NCBI GenBank assembly: GCA_964016885.1
Contig: OZ024744.1
Coordinates: 8,370,001 to 8,434,000 of the forward strand
Source of the DNA: Eledone cirrhosa
Lineage: Eukaryota
Direction of reading: 5' to 3'
Length of the DNA stretch: 64,000 nt
The notes beneath the pieces are model-generated. The model did no database searches. It had not been told where the DNA came from and was given only the letters and a program-made list of their open reading frames with translations. The translations under genes were made by a program, and so were the position numbers. Positions 13,501-28,975 of this stretch are shown here, piece after piece (position 1 is the stretch's first letter; each line of letters starts with the position of its first letter).

Positions 13501-13640
13501 ATCCCCACAACCGTTTTTTCTTTTTTTTTTTATTATACCCGTTCCTTTATTTTGCCCCTTCTTTTCTTGTACCTATTTATGCAGTTACATACAGATTTTA
13601 ATGTACCCTAAAATATTGTAAACTTATTTATGTATTTTAT
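10550..13640 (+). mobile_element. Penelope-like element (RT plus GIY-YIG) with inverted HHR-bearing 5' arm
   Basis: FDITM, GIYRDD, VNFLDVTL, YHKPN, SNHP, VTWFNAPY, CNCR..CPL, CRLCLHE; in-frame TAG at 11906-11908 and a frameshift near 12710. Confidence 0.9.
10600..10690 (-). ncRNA. Hammerhead ribozyme, long stem II, 1-nt core insertion
   Basis: Stem I CGTGT/ACACG, core CTGAAAGA, ~60-nt structured stem II, GAAAC-ATTT-GTA. Confidence 0.6.
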
Positions 13641-13897
13641 TTTATTATCATATTGTGTTTATGTTCACGAGTTTGTATGTGTGGACCTATGTGTGGGATA
13701 TGTGTGTGTGAGTAGATGCGCATGTATGTATACGTGGGTGGCTGTCGGGGTGTGCGTGTGACCATGGGTGCGTGTGTGCACGAGCTTATACGCGCCTGTA
13801 TGTGCAGACATGTGCAGACATGTGCATATATATACATATGTGGCCGAATGTGGGTGTATGTGTGTGTGGGTATGTGTATATGTGTGTCTATATATGA

Positions 13898-13943
<46 letters not shown>

Positions 13944-14401
13944 GTCTTTATATGTATGTGTGAGTATGTACGTATAGCCACGTTTGAGTAGGTGTGTGTG
14001 TGTGTGGGTGGGTAAGTGTGCGTATATATATGTGTGTGTGTATGTGTATATATGAGGATGTGTATGTGGGTGCAGGTGCATGCATATGCGGGCCTATATA
14101 TGTGTGTATATGTACTTGTGCTTACAAGTATGTGTTTATGTGCATCTCATAGGAATGTGTGTGGATGATTATATAGGGACTATATATGCTTGTTTTATTA
14201 TTACTATTATTCTTGTTGTATTATGTTATCACATATACTCTATATATATCCGTATATATCCGTATATGTATGTATGAGTCCGTGTACGTGTGTGTGTATA
14301 TATATGTATGTGTATGTATATATGTGTATGTATATATGTGTATGTATATATATATATGTGTATGTATATATATATATGTGTATGTATATATATATATAAA
14401 A

Positions 14402-14665
14402 GAATAGAGGTGTAACATACAAGTTATTATATATTGGTAAACGGAATAGAAAATGCTGACAAATTGTTCACAGTTGAAAAATGGTTTAATTAGGAATAAA
14501 AGAGTATTAGTGATTGTATGGGTTAGTATTCAGTTGTGGTTTTAAGTTTTTAAAAACTTAAAACCACAACTGAATACTAACCCATACAATCACTAATACT
14601 CTTATATTCCTAATTAAACCATTTTTTAACTGTGAACAATTTGTCAGCATTTTCTATTCGGTTTA

Positions 14666-14672
<7 letters not shown>
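14402..14672. repeat. Near-perfect ~240-bp palindrome of a PLE pseudo-LTR terminus
   Basis: Arms 14431-14551 / 14552-14672 with no loop; same sequence as the ends of the 18096-21203 element; left arm has an extra ~30-bp tail. Confidence 0.9.
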
Positions 14673-14710
<38 letters not shown>

Positions 14711-14719
14711 CGTTTCTGA

Positions 14720-15450
14720 ATTTGTTTAGCAAGATTCTTTATCTGAAATCGTGTGTTGAAACCGATATTGTTATACTTTGGGAGGGTCATGTTGCCAATA
14801 AGAAACACACGCACCAGTTGCTTTCACTTCAATTTATTATAATAAATTTATAATAAATTTATAAATTTATAAATTTATAAATTTCTGGTTGGTTGGTTCC
14901 ACAACCAGATAGTTGTTTATATATTGTCATAGTTCTTTCGTCACACACTCTGTGACCTCTTCAGTGACTGGGGATTCCTTTCTTTGTTTTTGTGCCTCTC
15001 CTTTGTTCTGTCCTACGCCATTTTGTTTCTGTGTGTGTTGTGTGCTCAGTCTGCGCATGCGCCACATCCGGGTGTCTGTGTGTGTTTATGTTCATTTATT
15101 TATTTGTTTATCTACATGTTACTGGTTGGTTGTTTGTTCTATGTGTGTGTGTGTATTCATTTTGTCCTTAATTGTAAGTTGTGATGTTGCTGTTCCACTC
15201 ATATTTTCTATTTAATTTTGGTTGTAATTCTTTTATGTTTATTGCCTCTGTAATTTGTCTAAACATTGCGTCTTTTCTATGTGTAGATTCTATTTTTATT
15301 TCTATGTTCTCTAATTTACCCTTGTGTTCTATTTTAGCATGTTGGTAGAGTACAGATGATTCTTTACTATCTTGAAGGTCTCGCCAGTGTTCATTTATCC
15401 GTTCCACTACACTACTAGCTGTCTCACCTAATATAATATGCAATATGATA
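14720..15450 (-). mobile_element. PLE 3' fragment (GIY-YIG plus pseudo-LTR)
   Basis: ORF 15168-15443 GETASSVVERINEH..RQITEAINI..LNRKYEW; HHR downstream. Confidence 0.8.
14926..14968 (-). ncRNA. Minimal type I hammerhead ribozyme
   Basis: GTCA-CTGAAGA-G-GTCACA/TGTGAC-GAAAG-AA-CTA-TGAC. Confidence 0.75.
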
Positions 15451-15865
15451 TATATATATCATATTGCATATTATATTACATTGCATTTTGTGGTCTATTG
15501 TCTATTGCGTAATGTATTTTTAACTGTTCACTTACAGGTGTGTTTATATATGTATATGTGGTACCACATGTGTGTGTAGGCAGATGTGCATGCGTGCACG
15601 TGAATACAAGTGGCAACACGAATGCGTATGCATGTGTAAATGTATGTATATCTGCATATGCGTCGGTATTTGTATGTATATGTGTGGATGTGCGTACGCA
15701 TGTTAAGTTGTCTCTTTTCTTTTGTGGGTATATATGTATATATATGTATATAAATATATATATATATGTGTGTGTGTGTATGTACGTGTGTAGGTAATGT
15801 TTATGTACGTATGTGTATTCGTATGTATGTGTGGACATGAATCATTCGGTTTCCTAGTTAGAATT

Positions 15866-16088
15866 TTAGTCTACGACTTCAGCTATACCATTTACGTGGT
15901 TTTGTCTTTGCGTGCAATTGTTCTCCACGCTCCACGTATGACGTATTATCTTCGTTTTTTCCGTTCATTGCCAGAGAACGTCTCCACGAACCACCTAAGA
16001 GAACATTAGTCTACGACTTCTTTTATACCATAAACGTGGTTCTGTCTTTGCGTGTAATTGTTTTTTACCGCTCCTATTAATGACGTAT
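15866..16088 (+). repeat. Two diverged ~80-bp direct repeats, period ~140 bp
   Basis: TTAGTCTACGACTTC...ACGTGGTT.TGTCTTTGCGTG.AATTG...ATGACGTAT at about 15866 and 16006. Confidence 0.7.
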
Positions 16089-16089
16089 A

Positions 16090-16205
16090 GAGTTACGGCC
16101 CTTGCCATTCTGAGTTTAAATCCCGCCGAGGTTAACTTTGCCTTTCATCCTTACGGGGTCGATAAAATAAAGTACCAGTAATGCACTGGGTAATTACTGG
16201 CCTTG
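16090..16205 (+). mobile_element. Octopus-type tRNA-derived SINE fragment
   Basis: GAGTTTAAATCCCGCCGAGGTTAACTTTGCCTTTCATCC..GGGGTCGATAAAATAAAGTACCAG, recognised from memory; matches 56961-57185. Confidence 0.75.
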
Positions 16206-16218
16206 TAATACATGTGTG

Positions 16219-16256
<38 letters not shown>

Positions 16257-16269
16257 CACACATATATAT

Positions 16270-17720
16270 AAATTGTCGATAGGGGTTTTAAAAAAAAGGG
16301 TAAGTCTTTTTTAGCCAACTGACATTAACACTGGCTTAAGATATTTGAAAGTTGCAAAGTGTTTGTGTATGCAATTCGGGCAGTGTTCTGAGAGTTTGTT
16401 CAGTAGCGGGCCCTTGGCAAATACGATTTCGTAGCCCTCTGAGATACAAAGGTCGCAGCACGTGTGTCCTCCCTTATATATGAGCGAGCTTTCTGTAGTA
16501 TTTTCCATTTAAGTGTGAAGGGGTGGAGTTCTGATTTGAGTTGTCCGGTCTTCTGAAAGAGTGGTTGTCAGCATACCACCGGGTCTTACAATTATTGTCA
16601 TCATCGGTGCCTGAGATGAAATCACATTTGTATACGATTTCATTTATCAGGAATTTGTTTTCAAGGGGGCAGGCTTCCTTATTTAGGCAATTACACAAGG
16701 CCCCAGTGCGGGGATTGTGTTCAGAGGTGGTTGACTTATTTAATTTTTTAGAATTGTGATTGGATATATTCCTAGCTAGGTTAGGTGTAGTGGAGTAGGA
16801 TAGTCTTATTGTGTTCTTATTGAAGATGGTGTGGTACCTATGTTGTATGAGGAAGTGTGTTTTCAGCAAAGTGAAGAAAATCCTAGCTATAGGTGTAGAG
16901 ACCTCCCTATTTAATAAATCACGTTTATTAAAAAAAAAAGCCTTCGTGAGCCACCTTTTTTTTAAGTAAAGAAATTCAAACACACACACACACAACACAC
17001 ACACACACACACGCGCACACACACATACAAGCACACAAATAAACATACATATCTTTACTTTCTCTATTCAATAGAAAATCTGAATTCTGACACCCAGCGA
17101 ACTAACCATATTCACTGAACCAGAACAATTCTCCCATCCCTTTCTCTTGACCATTATCTTTCACTTATCATAAAATTCTCTAAAAAGGCTACAGAATGGA
17201 TTTCCAAATAAGGGCACGGAAACTTAATGAAAACTTGTTCACGTGACAGCCATAATTTCATTTATAACCAACCCAAAAAAAGCCTTCGTGAGCCCCTTTT
17301 TTCAAGTAAAAAGAAATTCAAACACTCATATATGAAAAAACAACCTGTGACCCCCCTCCCCATATTATTTGAAGAACTATTGAAACGCGAACTGGCGCGA
17401 AATTTATTATAATTATTGACAAACCAATCAAATTACTTCTCGAAAAACCTGGCATTTCGAGCCACTTTTTCCATATAAAACAAGTAACATTCAGAGACCA
17501 ACCAGATGTGAGAAAAACCACAGACCCTCCATCTCAACTCACCTTTTGAAAAGCAGAAGAACTGCGAAACCGGTAAAGGAACCAAATAAATATATATATT
17601 TAAAAAAAAAATAAGACTCCAGTTGCATTTTCGATTTCATCTCTTTTTCTTTATACTTTCACTCGTGTAGGACACCTCGGTTAGTTTTCATTTTGTAAAA
17701 AAAACCTCACTCTCTAATAT
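16270..17720 (-). mobile_element. PLE GIY-YIG fragment (-, 16270-16925) joined head-to-head to a + strand pseudo-LTR arm (16930-17720)
   Basis: IFNKNTIRLSYSTTPN..CNCLNKEACPL..CDLCISE; HHR variant in the + arm. Confidence 0.75.
17542..17579 (+). ncRNA. Minimal hammerhead, U3:A8 core variant
   Basis: CCTT-TTGAAAA-GCAG(AAGAA)CTGC-GAAAC-CG-GTA-AAGG. Confidence 0.65.
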
Positions 17721-17845
17721 ATATATATATATATGTGTATATGTGTATATATATATATGTATGTGTATGTGTAAATCTGTATATGTGTATATGTGTTTAT
17801 ATGTATATATATATGTATATATGTATATATATATATGTGTGTGTA

Positions 17846-17937
<92 letters not shown>

Positions 17938-18095
17938 TATATATATATATATATATAATATCGGAGAAAGCTCTTTAGCGATACTCCGGCCAAATTCCAA
18001 CTCACTCAACAAACATTAGGAAATAAGTGATTATATTCCCAATTATGTGTTCGGGGTGCTAACTAAAAGTATATATATATATATATATATATATA

Positions 18096-21287
<3,192 letters not shown>

Positions 21288-21329
21288 CATATATATAAAT
21301 ATATGTATGTATATATGTGTGTGTACGTG

Positions 21330-21361
<32 letters not shown>

Positions 21362-21665
21362 CACTGAGGATGAAAAACTCAGAGCTGTATGGGAGTCGCC
21401 CAAAAGTCACCTCAAATGTGACACAGAGGAGATTGAGATTAACTGGACATGCTCACCGACATCCAGAGTTGACATTGCACTCAGTGCTCCTGTAGGATCC
21501 CCTGCATGGACACACTGGAGGAGGAAGACCAAGGTTAACGTATGTTGATGCGCTAAGGACAGACACTGGTGTGTTTGAGACGCAGAACATGGCAGCGATA
21601 ATGAGGGACAGAGACCGCTAAAGAGAACACGTCCATGGATCTCGGGAATTTTACCCACCCTGGAA
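21362..21665 (+). mobile_element. 3' fragment of an RTE-group LINE
   Basis: [25 protein letters not shown]...GRPRLTYVD. Confidence 0.7.
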
Positions 21666-21684
21666 TAGAAAAGATATATATATG

Positions 21685-21746
<62 letters not shown>

Positions 21747-21760
21747 TATATATATATATG

Positions 21761-21801
<41 letters not shown>

Positions 21802-21980
21802 TATATATATATTTGGATATATGTGTCTGTATGTGTGTTTGTGTGTATGTATGTGTGTATTTTGTATGTGTATGTATATATTGTATGTATGTGTATATAT
21901 TTATATGTATATATGTGTGTGTATATGTATATATATATATATTTATTTGTTTGTGTGTATGCATGTATGTTTGTATATGC

Positions 21981-22047
<67 letters not shown>

Positions 22048-22356
22048 TATAGACCTTTGTATTTGTAAAGCCAAAACAATGAAGGTATGAACAAAGAATT
22101 TAAATGCAAATGCAAAAGATATTGTTGACAATTAGTTTTTTACCTTAAATTTATTTAAATGTACTAAATTTTCGAGATAATATCTCTTCTTCGGAGGGAA
22201 GTAAAGCGGTTAAACCAGTGTTCTAAATAGCTTGCCAAGTCATGCTGACGTGTCGGTGTATGTATGTGTGTATGTGTGTATGTGCGTGTATGTATATATA
22301 TGTGTGTATATATATGTATGTATGTATATGTGTATATATGTGTATATGTATGTATA

Positions 22357-22404
<48 letters not shown>

Positions 22405-22412
<8 letters not shown>

Positions 22413-22905
22413 TAGGTATACGTACATACATATATGTATACAGACGTACAGTAGTATGTATATATTGCCAGATGATTGAACGTCTGAAAGTATATACTTT
22501 CCTTATGCATATTAACGGCTGAGCATCCTAATTTGCATATCGAGTGGGTTAATCGGCCGGGCGTACCGAAAACGATGAACGGTAAAAATGAAACGAAATT
22601 TCATTTCTCACTCTTAGTACGGCTGTTACTTAAATATAAGTATGTATACGTACATACATATATGTATACAGACGTACAGTAGTATGTATATATATATATA
22701 CATGCACACATATATATATGTACGTATGGGTTTACCGAACATTTATTATAATGCTCGGTGTGTTTGTAAACAAACATCCCGAATTAAGCCGTACAGTATT
22801 TAGTAACCATCGTTGCTCATTTGTTCAACACCGACAAAGGAACGCTGTACTAGTTTCAAGACGATAGCTAATAAGCTTGAAACTAGTACAGCGTTCCTTT
22901 GTCAG
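22405..22905 (-). mobile_element. ORF-less HHR repeat (retrozyme-like), tandem partial copies ending in a fold-back
   Basis: Same family as 32884-33250 with permuted block order; hairpin 22833-22903. Confidence 0.65.
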
Positions 22906-23174
22906 CTATATATATATGTATATATATGTATATATCTATATATGTGTGTGTGTATATATGTGTATATCGGTGTATATGTATGTATATGTATGTGTATGTA
23001 TAGATGTGTATATATATGAGTGTGTACGTGTGTAGATATATATGTGTGTATAGGTGTACGTATGTATATATATATATACGTATATATGTGTGTGTGTGCG
23101 TGTGTATGTATGAGAGTGTGTATGTGAGTGCGTGTATATGTATATGTATGTGTATATATGTGTGTATATGTATG

Positions 23175-25030
23175 TGTTTGGATCTGCATCAGGTTTTTGT
23201 CGATCTGACAAAAGCTTTCGATACTGTTAACAGAAATGCATTATGGAAGGTCCTCCAGAAACTTGGTTGCCTGATAAGTTCCTTGCTTTAGTTAGGTCTT
23301 TCCATGACGACATAAAGGCTTGGGTTAATGTCGGAGGTAACATGTCGGAGCCTATCTCAGTAAAAAATGGAGTGAAACAGGGGGATATTCCAGCACCGAC
23401 CCTTTTTGCCATATACTTTGCAATGGTTTTCTGTATTGCATTCAGGAATTGCGAGCATGGGGTTTACATCCGGTATCGAACCTCAGGCAGCATATTTAAC
23501 ATCAGGAGCTTTGCCGCAAAGACAAAAGTATTTACATCAATAATAATAGACCTCGTGTATGCAGATGATTGCGATCTTGTAGCGCACACAGAGAGTGATA
23601 TGCAGCACATTTTGAATGCATTTTCTGACGCTTGCACTGCCCTAGGATTGACTGTCAGTCTCAAGAAAACCGTCGTCATGTACCAACCTGCCCCTGGTAA
23701 GCAGTACACTGAACCTAATATCTATGTGTATGGTAAACGACTTGGAGTGGTTGATCAGTTTGTCTACCTGGGAAGCACTGTCAATCGATACAGCAATCTT
23801 GATAGTGAAATCTCACTTAGGATTAGGAAAGCAACTGATGCTTTCGGAAAGCTAGAAAGGCGACTCTGGAGTCGGCGAGACATATGCAGGAGGACAAAGG
23901 TAAAGGTGTACAAGTTATGTGTGCTCTCTTGTCTTCTTTATGCCTGCGAGACCTGGGTCACATATCGACACCACCTTAAGAAATTGGAGCGTTTCCATCA
24001 GATGTGTCTCAGACGGATCCATGGCGTTCACTGGAGGGACCACATCAGTGATGTCGAGATTTTGGAAAGCTCTCTGTGTGACAGTATAGAAGCTCTTGTG
24101 CTTAAGCAACGACTCCGTTGGAGTGGTCACCTTGCCAGGATGAAGGATTCTAGAATACCAAAACAACTCTTTTATGGAGAGTTAGTTAAAGGAAAACGAC
24201 CACCACATAAACCAAAAAAGAGGTATAAGGATTCCTTGAAAGCCTCTCTGAAAGACGCTAACATCTCTGCTGTATACATGGGAGAATATTGCTGCTGATC
24301 GTAATAAATGGAGAAAGACTGTATATGAGGGAAAAGTTGCCTATGAGGCATCTCGAATCGCATACGAGAAAGAAAAGCGGGATGTGACGAAGCGCATTGC
24401 TGTTGCACTTCCAGACGGCGAGGGTCCTCCTATGGTGCTGACATGAAGCGTCTGTGCGAGATTCTGCCTAAGCAAAGCTGGACTCGAAAGTCATCTTCGC
24501 AGTCATAAAGTAAGACCAGTGGTTGACTACCAGTTTGCTGTTGGAGATACTACTCATCATGCTTGCCAAACATGTGGTAGAGAGTGTAAATCAGCAGGAG
24601 GGCTCAAGCGTCATGCAAAAGTACACGAACTCCAACCACAGCCGACTATTCCCAGTGAATGTTTTGGTTGCCGACTCTGTGCAAGACATTTTAGATCATT
24701 GGCTGGGCTAAAAAGCCCCATTCGATCGCAGCGCTGTTAGTTGCTATCGTGTGTGTGTGTGTGTAGATATGCTTATGTGTGTGCGTGTGTGTGTATATAT
24801 ATATATGTATATGTATACTATTATTGTTGTTGTTGTCGTTATTATTATTGTTGTTATTATTATTATTATTGTTATTAATATATGTGTATGTATATGTATG
24901 TGTATGTATATATATATATATATGTGTATGTATGTGTGTGTATATATATATATATATACTTTTTTTATTCTTTATTTTTTATTTTTTTCTCGTGCAATGG
25001 CCATACTCGATAACGAGGGGGCAGCCATCA
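23175..25030 (+). mobile_element. RTE-clade (BovB-like) LINE 3' half with C-terminal C2H2 fingers
   Basis: FVDLTKAFDTV, GVKQGD, VYADDC, FVYLGS, RLRWSGH, RIPKQLFYGEL; fingers CQTCGRECKSAGGLKRHAKVH and CRLCARHF. Confidence 0.92.
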
Positions 25031-25139
25031 TATCTATGTATATATACATATATGTATATATGTGTGTGTATGTGTGTATGTGTGTATGTATGTGTATATA
25101 TCTGTATATGTATGTGTGTATATATATATATATATGTAG

Positions 25140-25454
25140 GTGGTGAGTTTTATTGTAGCACAATAACGCAATGCAAATATCGGATAAGTAGCACTCTACA
25201 GTTTGTAGGACTGGAGTATAAATAATATAAGGTCAAAAGATGGTTAAAAGAGTTCCAAGTATTTTATTATGCGCATTTCAAAAACAAATATCATCATGGT
25301 AAGATATCTGCGATCTCATCAGATAAAATAGGGATACATGATATGAAGCTTTAAAAACATTTATGAATAGTGAAGTTGATTTATATGTTGATTTAAAATA
25401 TCACTATTCACTAGTGTTTTTTAAGCTTCATATCATGTATCCCTATTTTATCTG
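25140..25454. mobile_element. Miniature fold-back pseudo-LTR insertion
   Basis: Inverted repeat 25320-25373 / 25401-25454; right arm stops at the CTG of the HHR core. Confidence 0.65.
25260..25330 (-). ncRNA. Type I hammerhead ribozyme
   Basis: TATTTTAT-CTGATGA-(GCAGATATC/GATATTTGT)-GAAAT-GCGC-ATA-ATAAAATA. Confidence 0.75.
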
Positions 25455-25918
25455 TGTGTGCGTGTGTGTACGTGGGTGTACGTGTGTAAGTGGGCACGTG
25501 TGAGAATCTGCTTGTCGACACCTGGAATATATATTAAGAGAAACTTCACAATAAGGGGGTTCACCCCAACACTTGAATCTGTTGATGGAACCTTTTCTGG
25601 CTTTGTCACCCTTATTTCAGCCTTAACGAATTAGCTTCTAAAGAATTTCCCTTTTCTTTAAACCATGGAACCCCACCCATCCTGTAGACACCTGTCTTAC
25701 AAGCATTGTTAGTCTATGTGATAAACTAGGATTGGTATTCCAAATTTGAACCTGTTTACAGTATTCTTTCTGGATTTGTTAATATTATAGCCTTAAAGAA
25801 TTAGCTTTTAATGAATCCCCTTTCTTTAAATCCTTCAACCAATGACAAACACCCATCCCCACCCTCTCCTACCACCAGAAAAGAAATGATATAAATACTA
25901 CCATTTACTTGGACAGCC

Positions 25919-25969
25919 AGCTTCCTGGTGATTTCTCACGAATGAAACAGCTCTAGTCCTGTAGAAGCT
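25919..25969 (+). ncRNA. Hammerhead with one core mutation (CTGGTGA) in an ORF-less ~450-bp unit (25525-25987)
   Basis: AGCTTC-CTGGTGA-T-TTC(TCAC)GAA-T-GAAACAG..CTGTA-GAAGCT; TATAAATA about 30 nt upstream. Confidence 0.6.
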
Positions 25970-25983
25970 TTTCTATATTAAAA

Positions 25984-26038
<55 letters not shown>

Positions 26039-27399
26039 TAATAAAATAATGAATAAACAAAGAAACAGTTCCTTATATTAAAAAAAATTCATCATTTTAC
26101 GATCGTTTCTAGGATATATATGTGTTAGAGTTGGTATGCATATTCTAAAGATCTATGTACAATATTTATACAAACTATCAGAGGGAATATACATACCTAC
26201 ACATACATATGCTGTCTTCAGAAATAATTATATTTGTTTATTGAAAAAAACAAAGATTCAATACAATGGGTCTGTTTGGGAACAGGTTTTGAATTGACCA
26301 ATAGAGAGATAGTGTGGGTCAAGATAGTAATATAGTAGTAGAATAACCTTCAATTATGGGTAGAGGAAGGTAGATCTCAGTTTTGGATGGAAAAGAATAT
26401 TATGAATGAAGGATTATTTTAGGGAAGAAATAGGTCTTATGCTGACCTCAGAAATAATTTTATTTGTTCAATGAATAAAACCAACAAAGATCTAATATTT
26501 TCTGTCTGTTTGGTAAGAGGTTTAGAATTAACCAATAGAAAGTTAATAATTGGCCAAATGGTAAAATAGTAGTAATTGAAGCTTATTTTAGGGGTGAAAA
26601 TAGGTCAGGTGGTCAGTAAAAGGTATACAAGCAGTTTTTGTTATAAAATAGTAATGCCAATACAAATATCTAAGGTGACTAAAGTTTGACGATAAGAATG
26701 TTAGTGAAAAAAATACATCTATGAAAAGAATATAAATTAATTTAATTGATGGGTATATTTATATTGATAAAATTATACTAATACATATAGATATGATAAA
26801 TAAGAGTTAGATGCAGTTGAAAAGTGCTGTTAAAGATGCGGGGAGATTAAAAGAATATAAAAATAATATATATATATACTTATATATATATATATATACA
26901 TATATATACACATACACACACACATATACACACACATATATATATATATATATACACATATATATATATATATATACACATATACATGCATATATACATA
27001 CATACATATATATATATATACACACATACACACTTACATATACATATAATTATTGGAGGGGGGAATTTAATTTATTAGTGAGAAATAATAAATATATATA
27101 GTTTTCAAGGAACATAGAGTCATAACCTGAAGTTAAAGCATTATATATGTTTACTTAATGGTATCAGTTTTAGGAAATGATAGTTGTAAGTAGGAAAGCA
27201 AAATTATGTAGTTCATCAGTAGTAGAATATTAATTATAGGTTAACTAAATTAAAAATAGTTTATATATTAATTTCTAAAGTGTATATTAATTAGGTTTAT
27301 AATATTTAAAGCAGAATTATGTAGTTCATCAGTAGTAGAATTTTAATTATAGGTTAACTAAATTAAAAATAGTTTATATATTAATTTCTAAAGTGTATA

Positions 27400-28975
27400 T
27401 TAATTAGGTTTATAATATTTAAAGGTTTTTTTCAGTTTATGATTACACGATATTATTAATTCCTGTCGCTTATTTAATAGGATATCCTTAGATTTCATTA
27501 TTTCAAAAAGTTCTTGGGAACATAATCTACATTCATATCTACTATTTTGATAAGGGGTGGCCCTTTTGAGCACACTCCAGGTCAGGTCATAATCTATATT
27601 CCTCTTTCTATAACTATTAATTATTTCAGCTAGAGATGTTGTATTAGCTAGTGCGGCATTTTTAAAACTATGTTTGTGGGTATTAAATCTTACCTTAAAT
27701 TTGTTAGAGGTAGCTCCTATATATGAATAAATTGAGTCCTTAGTGTTAACTTTACATTTATATACTATCTTATTAACAAGGCAATTTCCTTTTAATGGAC
27801 AGTTTGCCTTGTTTCTACAGTTACAACTTTTCGTGAATCCTGTATCTGAGGAGATATTATGGTTAGTTTGATGTACTGGTGGTATACTCATGGTTCTTTT
27901 ACATTTATATGCATTATAGGCACTTATATTTTGTTTTATGTTTTTGGTTGTTGAGTAGGAGAATTTAACCGTTGATCTATTTAAGATTTGATGGCATTTG
28001 TGGTTTGGCGGGAAGTTTTTCTCTAGGATATTAAAGAATTTTTTAGGTATATTATCCTTAATTTGTAAATTAAATGGAGCATTATACCAAGTAACTCGTC
28101 TATTACGGTTTCGATATTGTTTATTATTTTTATAGGATGCATCCTGATGTTTAAGAGAATTATTGTTAATGACCTCACCACACACATTTTTAGTTAGATT
28201 TATTGATTTAGGTGTTTTAGCTTGTTTATTAGGAGTTTTATTATTAACATTTATTAGAGTTGTAGGATGAGTAGTTTTTTGAGAGTTACTATATTGTATA
28301 TTAGAAGAGTTAGAGAAATTTGGTTTTATGTTGGTGTTTTGGGGTATAGTGTGAGTGGCATTTAGGTGTGTATGTTTCATTTGGTGTTTGTTGGTAATAT
28401 TAGGTTGTATGTTTGTAGTGTTATTGGTAGAAGGTATATATACGAATCTAATTTTGTGGCCACTTCTAGCTAGAGCTTCGTTATAAAAGGTCGCATTTTT
28501 ATCAAATACATCTTGGTTAGACGAAAGGTTAGAAATTCTAAGAGATATATTATATGCAAGGTTTTTAAGGATAGATTTAGGGTGATTAGATTGTGAGTGT
28601 ATGTAGTGTAAATTTTGGTTGGGTTTATGGTAAGGTTGGTAGATACCCGTAGATAAGTCTAATGTTATATCTAGGAAATTAACTACTTTACTTGTGTTTT
28701 CAAATGTAATATCTAGACTATAATAGTCTTTAAGGAAAGTTCTAATAAGCTTTTTATTTTTTTCTATCTCTGAGAGGCTAAGGTTATTGGAAAGAAGAAG
28801 ACAGTCGTCACGATATAAACCACCTTTAAGGTGGGGAAAGGAAGCATTTATGTTAAAAAGAAGAAAGAGGCCCACAAGATCGGTAATTTGGGCAGAATCG
28901 CTTGAGCCCATAGTAATATCGAATAGATTACTATATGTGTTTCTGGTCCAGTATTCATTCTGAAATTCCAATAAA
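27400..28975 (-). CDS. PLE RT (C-terminal half) plus GIY-YIG endonuclease, open but 5' truncated
   Basis: FDITMGSSDSAQ, GLYRDDC, VNFLDITL, SNHP, WYNAPF, CNCR..CPL, IVY..YIG, CRLC; first ~12-15 aa of the track ORF come from the inverted arm. Confidence 0.9.

Noticed and set aside
9610-15450. Possible single large inverted PLE structure formed by 9610-10430 and 14720-15450
   Set aside because: Copies are substantially diverged and tail-to-tail, the opposite of the head-to-head pattern; likely independent insertions
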